The notes under the pieces: generated by a model
What the model was told of the DNA's origin: nothing
The model's input: the letters and a program-made list of their open reading frames with translations, nothing else
Database searches by the model: none
Part shown: positions 5,478 to 12,519 of the stretch, in pieces
Layout: each line of letters opens with the position of its first letter
Position numbering within the stretch: the first letter of the stretch is position 1
Assembly (NCBI GenBank): GCA_020349685.1
Contig: CP070698.1
Location: 440,549-453,067 of the forward strand
DNA length: 12,519 nt
Origin: a bacterium
Lineage (GTDB): Bacteria; BMS3Abin14
Reading direction: 5' to 3'
Position numbers and translations under genes: made by a program

Positions 5478-6844
5478 TTGGTCCCCCAGGACTTTTGAAA
5501 CATGAGATACTCGGATATATAGCCTGCGAAGCTGGCAGGGGAGATCATCACCTGGTAGGTCAGCACGTAGAGGATGGCGCCCAGGACGTTCTTTCTGACC
5601 CGGAGCCCGTGGCTGTGGAATATGCGCACCTGGTTGTAGTACATGACAACATTTATGAAAAGCATCAGGGGCAGGAGAAACAGGGTCATCAGACCGACGA
5701 TGGCGTAATAACGGAAGAAGACCGCTGCCATGAGTCCCGGCAGAAAAACGGTCAGGTAGACAAAGTCCAGGTAGGGGAAAAAAAGGTTGAAGAGGATAAA
5801 GGGGCTCACCAGTCGTGGACGCACAAGGATCCGCGGGTGGTGCTTGAACGCCTCGATGAGCCCGCGGGCCCAGCGCCGTCGCTGTCGGAAGAGCTGCCGG
5901 TACGTTTCCGGGACCCGGGTGAAAGCGAAGGCGTTTTCCGCGTAACCCACCCGGTAATTGAGCTCGTGAAATGCCCAGGTCAGCACGATGTCTTCGCCTA
6001 CCGTATCGGGCCAACCGCCGGCCTCTGCGATGGCGGATTTCCTGTAGGCGGAAAAGGCTCCCTGGGCGACCAATGTTCCCTGATAAAGGGACTGGATCCG
6101 CTTGACGACAGAGATCCCGAGAAAATAGTCCCACTCCTGGAGCCTGGCCAGGATGGTGTCCCTGGAGTTGCGCACGAGCACCGTTCCGGCGATGGCGGCG
6201 GTGTTGCCGGGGCCGTCCACCAGGTTGATGATCAGCCGTTCGAGGCTCTCCTGAAACAGGAAGGTGTCGGCATCCTGCGTGACGATGATGTCGTGGCTGG
6301 CCTTCTCAAGGCCGCGATTAAGGGCGTTGGATTTACCGCCGTTCTTGCCTAAAGAGAGCAGGACTATACGCCGGTTTTCGACCCGTGTGGTCTCATCGGC
6401 GATCATCTTGACGACATCCGCCGTTTTGTCGGTGGATCCGTCGTCGATGACGATGATCTCCACGTTTCCGGGGTACTGCTGTTCGAATATGGATGCGAGG
6501 GTCTCACCGATATGATCTTCCTCATTATAGGCTGCCACAAGGATGGTCACCGGAGGAAGGCTGTCGTGCAGTAGGTAGGTGGGACGCCGGTCCAGGAGAA
6601 GGCCCGCGACCAGAAAGGCGTTGGCCCATCCCGGGATGAGTGCGATTCCGGTCACCATGAACAGGGCGAGGGGCAAGCTGAATGTCCCGGCAAGATCGTC
6701 GATCCACGGCAGTGCGACGTAGACGCTGAAACCCACCCAGGAAAAAGCAAGGATCTGTGAGATAAACAGCTTGACCCTTACCGGTATGTAGATGTGATCC
6801 TGGTCTGACCATGGAGAAAAACTTTTAAGGATCCTTATCTTCAA
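5474..6844 (-). CDS. Processive membrane GT2 glycosyltransferase (PgaC/IcaA-like polysaccharide synthase)
   Basis: Motifs AAYNEE, DDGSTD, GGKSNALN, QDAD, GEDIVLT and QRRRW. Two N-terminal and about 3 C-terminal hydrophobic segments. TTG start with GGAGCGAGG upstream. Confidence 0.92.
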   Translation of the reverse strand: MKIRILKSFSPWSDQDHIYIPVRVKLFISQILAFSWVGFSVYVALPWIDDLAGTFSLPLALFMVTGIALIPGWANAFLVAGLLLDRRPTYLLHDSLPPVTILVAAYNEEDHIGETLASIFEQQYPGNVEIIVIDDGSTDKTADVVKMIADETTRVENRRIVLLSLGKNGGKSNALNRGLEKASHDIIVTQDADTFLFQESLERLIINLVDGPGNTAAIAGTVLVRNSRDTILARLQEWDYFLGISVVKRIQSLYQGTLVAQGAFSAYRKSAIAEAGGWPDTVGEDIVLTWAFHELNYRVGYAENAFAFTRVPETYRQLFRQRRRWARGLIEAFKHHPRILVRPRLVSPFILFNLFFPYLDFVYLTVFLPGLMAAVFFRYYAIVGLMTLFLLPLMLFINVVMYYNQVRIFHSHGLRVRKNVLGAILYVLTYQVMISPASFAGYISEYLMFQKSWGTK

Positions 6845-7020
6845 AGCCTCGCTCCGAATTCATGGTAAACGATACCCCGCGCATGCCGCGGGACGGAACC
6901 GTTTGGGCAAGGATCACGGGGAAGGAAGGTAAACGGCTTCCATTAAATCCCAGTTATGGCGATGGGTGCCCTTTCTCACCGATCATACAGCTGTGACAGT
7001 GATCCCAACAAATTAACAAG

Positions 7021-7036
7021 AGCAAGCCCTGTGCCA
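7021..7036 (-). promoter_or_regulatory. Sigma-54 (RpoN) -24/-12 promoter for the GT2-porin cassette
   Basis: Minus strand TGGCAC-AGGGC-TTGCT exactly matches TGGCAC-N5-TTGCW. It is intergenic and oriented toward the GT2 gene. Confidence 0.85.
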
Positions 7037-7155
7037 CTGAGCATCCGCCCGGTTAATGGGCTGTATGTCGGAATTAAAGGGCTGTTAAGGCGAACCCGCC
7101 TCGTAGGATTGAGAAAACAATTACTGACAGGTGGCAGGATATTACCGTAAAGGGC

Positions 7156-7174
7156 GTCTGGAAAAGGACCAGAC
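7156..7174. promoter_or_regulatory. Candidate enhancer-binding-protein site
   Basis: Perfect dyad GTCTGG-AAAAGGA-CCAGAC, about 120-140 bp upstream of the sigma-54 -24 box. Confidence 0.35.
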
Positions 7175-7342
7175 CGCAGCGCCGCAAACTATTTTATCAG
7201 GCGATTTGAGCGTTCCACGTGTTAAGATTTTTGCGACTTTTAAAAGGAGTTGAGTCTTCCCCCCTTGTTCGAGGTCAAATTTTACGCCCCACTCGGTCCT
7301 TCCAGGTCAATCAGCTTTTACCTGTTTTACGGGAACGGCTTT

Positions 7343-7379
7343 TTCCCCCGACACTCCGATGCCCCGTTACTCCGATACC
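7343..7379 (-). repeat. Degenerate 8-nt tandem repeat, about 4.5 copies (minus sense)
   Basis: Minus strand GGTAT CGGAGTAA CGGGGCAT CGGAGTGT CGGGGGAA, starting about 14 nt after the S4-protein stop. Confidence 0.65.
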
Positions 7380-7392
7380 TTCTCTTGTCCCC

Positions 7393-7683
7393 CTATTCCC
7401 CGAACAGATCCTCTTCGATGACCTGTTCATCCAGTACCGAATAACATTCAGTTCGCTTCCCCTTCCCCGGTATCCCCGTAACCTGAACCAGCACCTTCTT
7501 TCTTGCGTACTGGACCTGAATGCGGTCACCGGTCCTGACAGCCTTGCCCGGGGCGGCGGGCCTGCCGTTTAGGCTTACGTAGTCGTTCTCGCAGAGGGTG
7601 GCGGCCAGGGTGCGGCGTTTGACCAGGCCGGAGCGTTTGAGGTATAGATCGAGCCGCAGGCGGTCGGGTTCCCTATCCTCCAT
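7393..7683 (-). CDS. S4-domain RNA-binding protein, RqcP/YabO-like (Hsp15 family)
   Basis: RLDLYLKRSGLVKRRTLA...VSLNGRPAAPGKAVRTGDRI, followed by a short acidic tail. ATG 7683 overlaps the end of the SurA-like gene. Confidence 0.88.
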   Translation of the reverse strand: MEDREPDRLRLDLYLKRSGLVKRRTLAATLCENDYVSLNGRPAAPGKAVRTGDRIQVQYARKKVLVQVTGIPGKGKRTECYSVLDEQVIEEDLFGE

Positions 7684-8584
7684 CGGCAAAGACCTCGATG
7701 TAGGTGGTCTCCTTGAGTTCTTTCAGCCACCGGGTACGCAGCGTTTCCTCCTTCTGGTTGAAAAGGGCCCTTTCCAGCGCCCCTTTCACCTCAGTGAAGG
7801 GGGGCGGCTGGCTGAGCTCCCTGGCGTTCAAAAGCAGGATGTGGTAACCGGCGGAAGTCCTGACCGGCCCTCCCGCTTCGCCCGGTTCCAGGGTAAGGGC
7901 CAGGGCCTCGAGTTCCTGAAGCAGTTCCCCCTCCCTGAAGGTGCCCAGTCGCCCGCCGCTGCCGGAGGTGGTGCCGTCCTGGCTGTATTCCCTGGCCAGT
8001 GCGCCGAAGGCCTCTCCGTTCAAGAACTTCTCCAGCACCTCCTCGGCGCTCAGCCTGGTAGAGGCCTCCTCTTCGACGGAGGCCTGCGGGTCGAGGGACC
8101 AGAGGATGTGGCTTACATCGAAAACCGTCTGGCGAGGGTAGGTTTCGAGATAAAGCTCCTGCAGTTCGCTTTCCGAAACCTGGACCTTCCCACCCAGAGC
8201 CGTTCCGATGGCTTTGTTGATGGTTATCTGTTCCTTGAGGTTTTCCCTGAAAAAGGCGATGGCCTCCCCTCTGGAAGCTAAAGCCTTCTCGAACTGATCG
8301 GGTGTCAGGTTGTTTCTCTGAAGGATGGAGTCCTCCATCTGCTGGACCTCGTCTTCTCTGGCTGTGATGTTCTTCGAAGCTGCCCATGCAAGTACGAGAC
8401 GCCGTTCAATGAGAAGCTCCAGTATCTTGGATCTCGAAAGGTCGGGGCTCTGGGCGAGGGCCGCCTCGAGCTCACGCTGCGTCACAGCTTCATTGCCCAC
8501 CCGAGCTATGATCCTGTCGCCTGCTAAAGCGGGTGGAGTGAGAAGACTCACAGACAGGAGCCAGATGCCCAGGCATGTCCTCAT
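7673..8584 (-). CDS. SurA-like periplasmic chaperone / parvulin PPIase
   Basis: Signal peptide, DRIIARVGNEAVT (SurA N-domain), SHIL, FGALAREYSQD, GGRLG and PVRTSAGYHIL (PpiC domain). Confidence 0.9.
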   Translation of the reverse strand: MRTCLGIWLLSVSLLTPPALAGDRIIARVGNEAVTQRELEAALAQSPDLSRSKILELLIERRLVLAWAASKNITAREDEVQQMEDSILQRNNLTPDQFEKALASRGEAIAFFRENLKEQITINKAIGTALGGKVQVSESELQELYLETYPRQTVFDVSHILWSLDPQASVEEEASTRLSAEEVLEKFLNGEAFGALAREYSQDGTTSGSGGRLGTFREGELLQELEALALTLEPGEAGGPVRTSAGYHILLLNARELSQPPPFTEVKGALERALFNQKEETLRTRWLKELKETTYIEVFADGG

Positions 8585-9556
8585 CTAGGGGATGTCCTCC
8601 AGGTTTTCGGGGTAGATGACGATCTTGGCCTGTTTCTTCAGAGAGTCGAGCCACTCCTTGAAAAAAGCTTCCTGGCGACCCTGGAAGATTCCTGCTGCGA
8701 TCTCGTCGCGCACTTCCTCGATCCCCCTCAGCCTGGGCCGTATCCGGTCCTCGACTTTGAAAATGTGATAGCCGTAGGGTGACTTGACAACACTGCTTAT
8801 GGAGCCCACCCTGTAACGGAAAACCACATCATCAAACTCCTCGGGCATCTGTCCCTTGGCGAAGACGCCCAGATCTCCACCGGACTCGGCGTCGGGGCTC
8901 AAGGAGTGCAGGCGCGCCACCTCGGCGAAGTCCTCTCCTCTGATGAGCCTGGTCCTCAGGGCGTTGGCCTCCTCTTCGGTGGCCACAACGATCTGACGGG
9001 CATGGACCATGAGGGGCTGCTGGAACTGATCCCTGTTGGCATTGTAATAATCGCGGATCTCGTCATCACTTACGTGGATGACGCTGTCGATCTCCCTTTG
9101 AATGAGCTTGTCGATGAGGAGCTTTTCCTTACGGTCTTCCTTCCACTCCTCCAGTTTGAGCCCGATCCTTTCGAGGGCCTCGTTGAGGGTGTCCTTGGGA
9201 TAGTCCTCTTTCAGCTGACTGATCTCGCGATCCAGCTCTTCTTCATTCACGGTCAATCCGCGCAGCTGAGCCTCCTGCAGGAGGAGCTCGGTCTCGATGA
9301 GTTTGTTGAGGAACCCGAGTTTGAGCTCGCTGGCCGAGGAGGGCGATTCCGCCACCGGAACGTGGAAGCGCAGGGTGAAACGGCTGTATTTCTCGTTGAA
9401 AAATTCCACAGTGATCGGCTTGCCGTTAACCTCTGCCACCAGCTTCACTTTAGGTGCTTTGGGCTTGGGGACTTCGTGTGTGAGTCCAAAATAGACCACG
9501 GCCACGACAGCTGCGGCCGCAATGGCGATCAGGGAGCCGAGGAATATTCTTTTCAT
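8585..9556 (-). CDS. Membrane-anchored PpiC/PrsA-type peptidyl-prolyl isomerase
   Basis: N-terminal TM helix, VAEVNGKPIT, HARQIVV, FAEVARLHSLSPDAESGGDLG and KSPYGYHIFKV. The start is either ATG 9556 or GTG 9580. Confidence 0.92.
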   Translation of the reverse strand: MKRIFLGSLIAIAAAAVVAVVYFGLTHEVPKPKAPKVKLVAEVNGKPITVEFFNEKYSRFTLRFHVPVAESPSSASELKLGFLNKLIETELLLQEAQLRGLTVNEEELDREISQLKEDYPKDTLNEALERIGLKLEEWKEDRKEKLLIDKLIQREIDSVIHVSDDEIRDYYNANRDQFQQPLMVHARQIVVATEEEANALRTRLIRGEDFAEVARLHSLSPDAESGGDLGVFAKGQMPEEFDDVVFRYRVGSISSVVKSPYGYHIFKVEDRIRPRLRGIEEVRDEIAAGIFQGRQEAFFKEWLDSLKKQAKIVIYPENLEDIP

Positions 9557-9624
9557 GACGTTAGACAGACCAGCTTTCACGAAATATTGCGGACCTCGAT
9601 CCGCATAGTCTTATTAGCAGAGAG

Positions 9625-12519
9625 TCAGAGGGACCGCAAGGTGTCCATCATGTAGGCGATCCTGTCGTCCACGCCCGCGAACCCGGAAACGTCCAGCTTC
9701 AGGGTCACCGGCGGAAGGAAGGCAAGCCGCTTGTCCGAGGTCAGCAGACGGACCAGGGCGTCGGGTGAGACCCTGGCGCCGGGGTTGAAAACGACGATCA
9801 GGTAGGGCCCCGCGGTGTCGATGCGTTCGACCTTCAGTTTGCGTGCGGCTATTTCCACTTTCATGCGTGTAAAAAGCCCGCTGACCTCGGCGGGGAACTT
9901 GCCGAACCGGTCCGCGGTCTCGTCCCTCAGGGCATCGAGGGCCTTGAGGTCCGGTGCACTGGCAATTCGCTTGTAGAGCGTGAGCCGTTCGCCTACCTCC
10001 GGCAGATAATCCTCCGGCAGATAGGCCGGCAGCGGGAGCGTCACGCTGGGCTGGACCTCGGCTTCGACCATCTGGCCGCTGGCCTCCCTGACGGCCTGCT
10101 CCAGAAGCTGGGAGTAAAGTTCCAGCCCGACCGCCTCGATGCGGCCCGACTGTTCTTCGCCCAGGAGGTTGCCTGCGCCCCTCATTTCCAGATCATACGA
10201 GGCCAGTTTGAAACCGGAGCCAAGTTCGGTCAATTCCCTGAGGCTCTGCAAACGCTGGCGGGCTTTCCCGGTGATGGCCCCTTCGGGTGGCACAAGAAAG
10301 TAGGCGTAAGCCAGCTGGGAGGATCTTCCCACACGCCCCTTCAGCTGATACAGCTGGGCCAGCCCGAAACGGTCGGCACGGTTGACGATGAGAGTGTTGG
10401 CGTTGGCGATATCGAGGCCCGACTCGATGATGGCTGTCGTCACGAGAACGTCGTACTCCTGGTTCAGAAAGCGTATCATGACCTCCTCGAGTTCCCCTTC
10501 ACCCATCTGACCATGGGCAACGCCGACCCTGGCGTGGGGTACGAGTTTTACAACCATCTCACGGACCGCCTCGATGCTCTGAACCCGGTTGTGGACCAGG
10601 TAGACCTGCCCCCCCCGGTCCAGCTCCCGGTTAATGGCATCCCGGATGATCTCCTCCTCGAAATAGCGGACCTCGGTGTGGACCGCTTTGCGGTCAACCG
10701 GGGGTGTGTGGATGAGAGAAAGGCTCCGAAGGCCCGAGAAAGCCTGAAAAAGGGTCCTGGGTATGGGTGTGGCTGACAGGGTCAGCACATCGATGGTCTC
10801 CCGGAGCTTTTTCAGGCGCTCCTTGTGCCGCACCCCGAACCGGTGCTCTTCGTCGATGATAACCAGCCCAAGGTCGTGAAAGGTCACGTCCGCTGACAGA
10901 AGCCTGTGGGTCCCTATGACGATATCGAGGTTGCCGGAGGCCAGAAGGCTGAGGGTGGCCTTCTGTCTCTGCTGTGGCACGAAGCGGCTCAAAAGACCGG
11001 TGGTCAGCGGAAAATCCCGCAGCCGCTGGCTGAAGTTCTGATAATGCTGCTGGGCAAGGACTGTTGTGGGGACGAGGACGGCGGTCTGTTTACCGTCAGC
11101 GGCAGCCAGAAAAGCGGCCCTCAGGGCCACTTCGGTTTTGCCGAAGCCCACGTCGCCGCATACGAGCCTGTCCATGGGTACGGGCGACTTCATGTCCTCG
11201 ATGACCTCCACGATGGTGCGCTCCTGGTCCGGTGTCTCGGTCCAGGGGAAGGAGACCTCGAATTCACGAAAGATCGAATCCGGCGCTGCAAAGGCGTGCC
11301 CCGCCTGCCCCTGCCTGGCAGCCGAGAGCCTGAGCAGTTCGTCGGCCATGAGTTTCAGGGACCTTCGTATCCTGTTCTTGGATCTGTTCCACGATGCCGA
11401 TCCGAGCCTGCTGAGAGTGGGTGTTCCTTCAGAACCGCTCCGATAGCGCTGGATCCTGTTCATCTGCCACACCGGGACGTAAAGTGAATCTCCCTCCAGG
11501 AATGTCAGGTGCAGAAAGTCGTCGGTCGACCCGGCCACTTTGAGCTGTTTGAGGCCCTCATAGCGGCCTATGCCGTGATCGATGTGAACCGCTATATCCC
11601 CGGGAAGGAGGGAGCCTATGGGCAGGTCCCACTCCGGGAAGGTCACCCGGGAGGTCTTGCGTTCGGAGGGAGGTCCGAAAAGGTCGGTATCGCTAATGAC
11701 GACCAGGCCCTCCTCCGGAAGGCTGAAGCCGGCCGAGAGAGCCCCTGTGATCATCGCAAGGCCCTCACCTTCCAGAGCTTCTGGGAAGTTTCGAGGTCTT
11801 CGCACCTTCAGGGAGGCTTGGGCTATGATGGATTCGAGACGGTCGGTCCCGGCTGCCGATCGAACGCAGATGATGATCCGCCGCTCAGGCCGATCCTGAA
11901 GAAGCCTGGTGAGCTCGGCAATGCGGTCCGGTCGGGAGGATGGCAGCGTAGAGGGCAGGGCAGGACCGCAGCGGATCGCGGCGGCGCCGGATCTTTCGAA
12001 GGCCGCGGTCAACAGGCGTCTGCGCCCTTCCATGATCGCCAAGGCTTTCGCGGGATGTAGATAGATGGTTTCCGGTGGAGGGAGGGAGGTGACCCTCCGT
12101 TCCGATGCCCTCCCGTACCATTGGGAAAGTCGGGCCTTGATCTCCTCCGGTTCGTGGAGCCAGAGCAGGGATCCTTCACAAAGATAGTCCAGTGGATAGG
12201 AGTTTTCAGAATAAAGAACAGGCAGGAGAAGGCCGCTCCCGGGCAGGTCGAGGCCGTTCCTGAAAAGGGAAAGGATCCCCTCTCTCTCCCTGGCCGTGGT
12301 GCCGGCAGCTGCAAGAAAATCACCCAGTCTCGATTCCGCTTCCCTCCTCTGTCCGGGATCGAGGAGGAGTTCCGTGACGGGGAGGATCGTCCCTTCGTCA
12401 GTATCGGGACCCGACCTCTGGGTCTGGGGGTCGAAGAGACGCAGGGAGTATAACTCATCACCCCAGAGCTCGATTCTCACAGGCTTGTCCGAAAGAGGTG
12501 AAAAGATGTCAAGGATCCC
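9625..12519 (-). CDS. mfd: Transcription-repair coupling factor Mfd (5'-truncated by window edge)
   Basis: The frame is open to the window end (GILDIFSP..PVRIELWGDE). RID motif VHIDHGIGRY, DRLVCGDVGFGKTEVA, DEEHRFG, SATPIPRT, TRG motif DLEMRGAGNLLGEEQSG, and the C-terminal TRCF domain (ERLTLYKRI). Confidence 0.98.
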   Translation of the reverse strand, partial: GILDIFSPLSDKPVRIELWGDELYSLRLFDPQTQRSGPDTDEGTILPVTELLLDPGQRREAESRLGDFLAAAGTTAREREGILSLFRNGLDLPGSGLLLPVLYSENSYPLDYLCEGSLLWLHEPEEIKARLSQWYGRASERRVTSLPPPETIYLHPAKALAIMEGRRRLLTAAFERSGAAAIRCGPALPSTLPSSRPDRIAELTRLLQDRPERRIIICVRSAAGTDRLESIIAQASLKVRRPRNFPEALEGEGLAMITGALSAGFSLPEEGLVVISDTDLFGPPSERKTSRVTFPEWDLPIGSLLPGDIAVHIDHGIGRYEGLKQLKVAGSTDDFLHLTFLEGDSLYVPVWQMNRIQRYRSGSEGTPTLSRLGSASWNRSKNRIRRSLKLMADELLRLSAARQGQAGHAFAAPDSIFREFEVSFPWTETPDQERTIVEVIEDMKSPVPMDRLVCGDVGFGKTEVALRAAFLAAADGKQTAVLVPTTVLAQQHYQNFSQRLRDFPLTTGLLSRFVPQQRQKATLSLLASGNLDIVIGTHRLLSADVTFHDLGLVIIDEEHRFGVRHKERLKKLRETIDVLTLSATPIPRTLFQAFSGLRSLSLIHTPPVDRKAVHTEVRYFEEEIIRDAINRELDRGGQVYLVHNRVQSIEAVREMVVKLVPHARVGVAHGQMGEGELEEVMIRFLNQEYDVLVTTAIIESGLDIANANTLIVNRADRFGLAQLYQLKGRVGRSSQLAYAYFLVPPEGAITGKARQRLQSLRELTELGSGFKLASYDLEMRGAGNLLGEEQSGRIEAVGLELYSQLLEQAVREASGQMVEAEVQPSVTLPLPAYLPEDYLPEVGERLTLYKRIASAPDLKALDALRDETADRFGKFPAEVSGLFTRMKVEIAARKLKVERIDTAGPYLIVVFNPGARVSPDALVRLLTSDKRLAFLPPVTLKLDVSGFAGVDDRIAYMMDTLRSL

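Noticed and set aside
5478-6134. 528-aa ORF 4548..6134 extending the porin upstream, with a T7-C4 run (5774-5784) that might allow a GT2-porin frameshift fusion or phase variation
   Set aside because: The extension is an off-frame overlap of the GT2 with non-protein-like composition. ATG 5477 gives a clean signal peptide and ATGA coupling. A fusion would lose the GT2 TM helices, and a 7-nt run is unremarkable.
6864-6900. GGTAAAC...GGGACGGAA resembling a c-di-GMP-I/GEMM riboswitch
   Set aside because: It is on the strand opposite to the GT2 mRNA, lacks the GNRA tetraloop, and has no recognisable second stem.
6958-7000. GGCGATGG resembling the start of a fluoride riboswitch
   Set aside because: The pairing segment and the downstream GCTRATGAC motif are missing, and there is no plus-strand gene downstream.
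6956-7572. Small ORFs 6956..7150, 7219..7572, 7250..7444 and 7311..7529
   Set aside because: They have no convincing domain or SD, and they overlap the sigma-54 promoter region, the repeat array or the S4 gene.
10322-10348. Mfd helicase motif VI reads QLKGRVGRS instead of QLRGRVGRS
   Set aside because: This is a conservative substitution and all other motifs are intact, so there is no evidence of altered function.
720-12461. Long antisense or alternate-frame ORFs (e.g. 907..1743, 2687..3985, 5495..6352, 7598..8281, 8906..9655, 10906..11487)
   Set aside because: These are shadow ORFs of well-supported genes, expected in GC-rich DNA, and show no recognisable motifs.

Overview
A GC-rich bacterial chromosomal window, probably from a diderm anaerobe (deltaproteobacteria-like gene content; this is inference). 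In order it carries: the 3' part of nadA (+); a convergent PilZ-moaC pair (-); a divergent yjbQ gene coupled to an unusual GltD/NfnB-like Fe-S flavoprotein (+) that has an N-terminal zinc ribbon and membrane anchor; a two-gene cassette (-) of a processive GT2 synthase and a short beta-barrel, behind a consensus sigma-54 promoter; and an mfd (5'-truncated)-PpiC-SurA-S4/RqcP-like operon (-). No mobile element, CRISPR array, rRNA or tRNA was recognised. Three features stand out. First, the minimal sigma-54-driven synthase plus TPR-less porin cassette. Second, the membrane-tethered oxidoreductase architecture. Third, all five transcription-unit 3' ends in the window are followed within about 20 nt by degenerate 7- or 8-nt tandem repeat arrays, which face each other as imperfect inverted pairs at the two convergent junctions. 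All calls come from motif recognition by eye; no searches were run.
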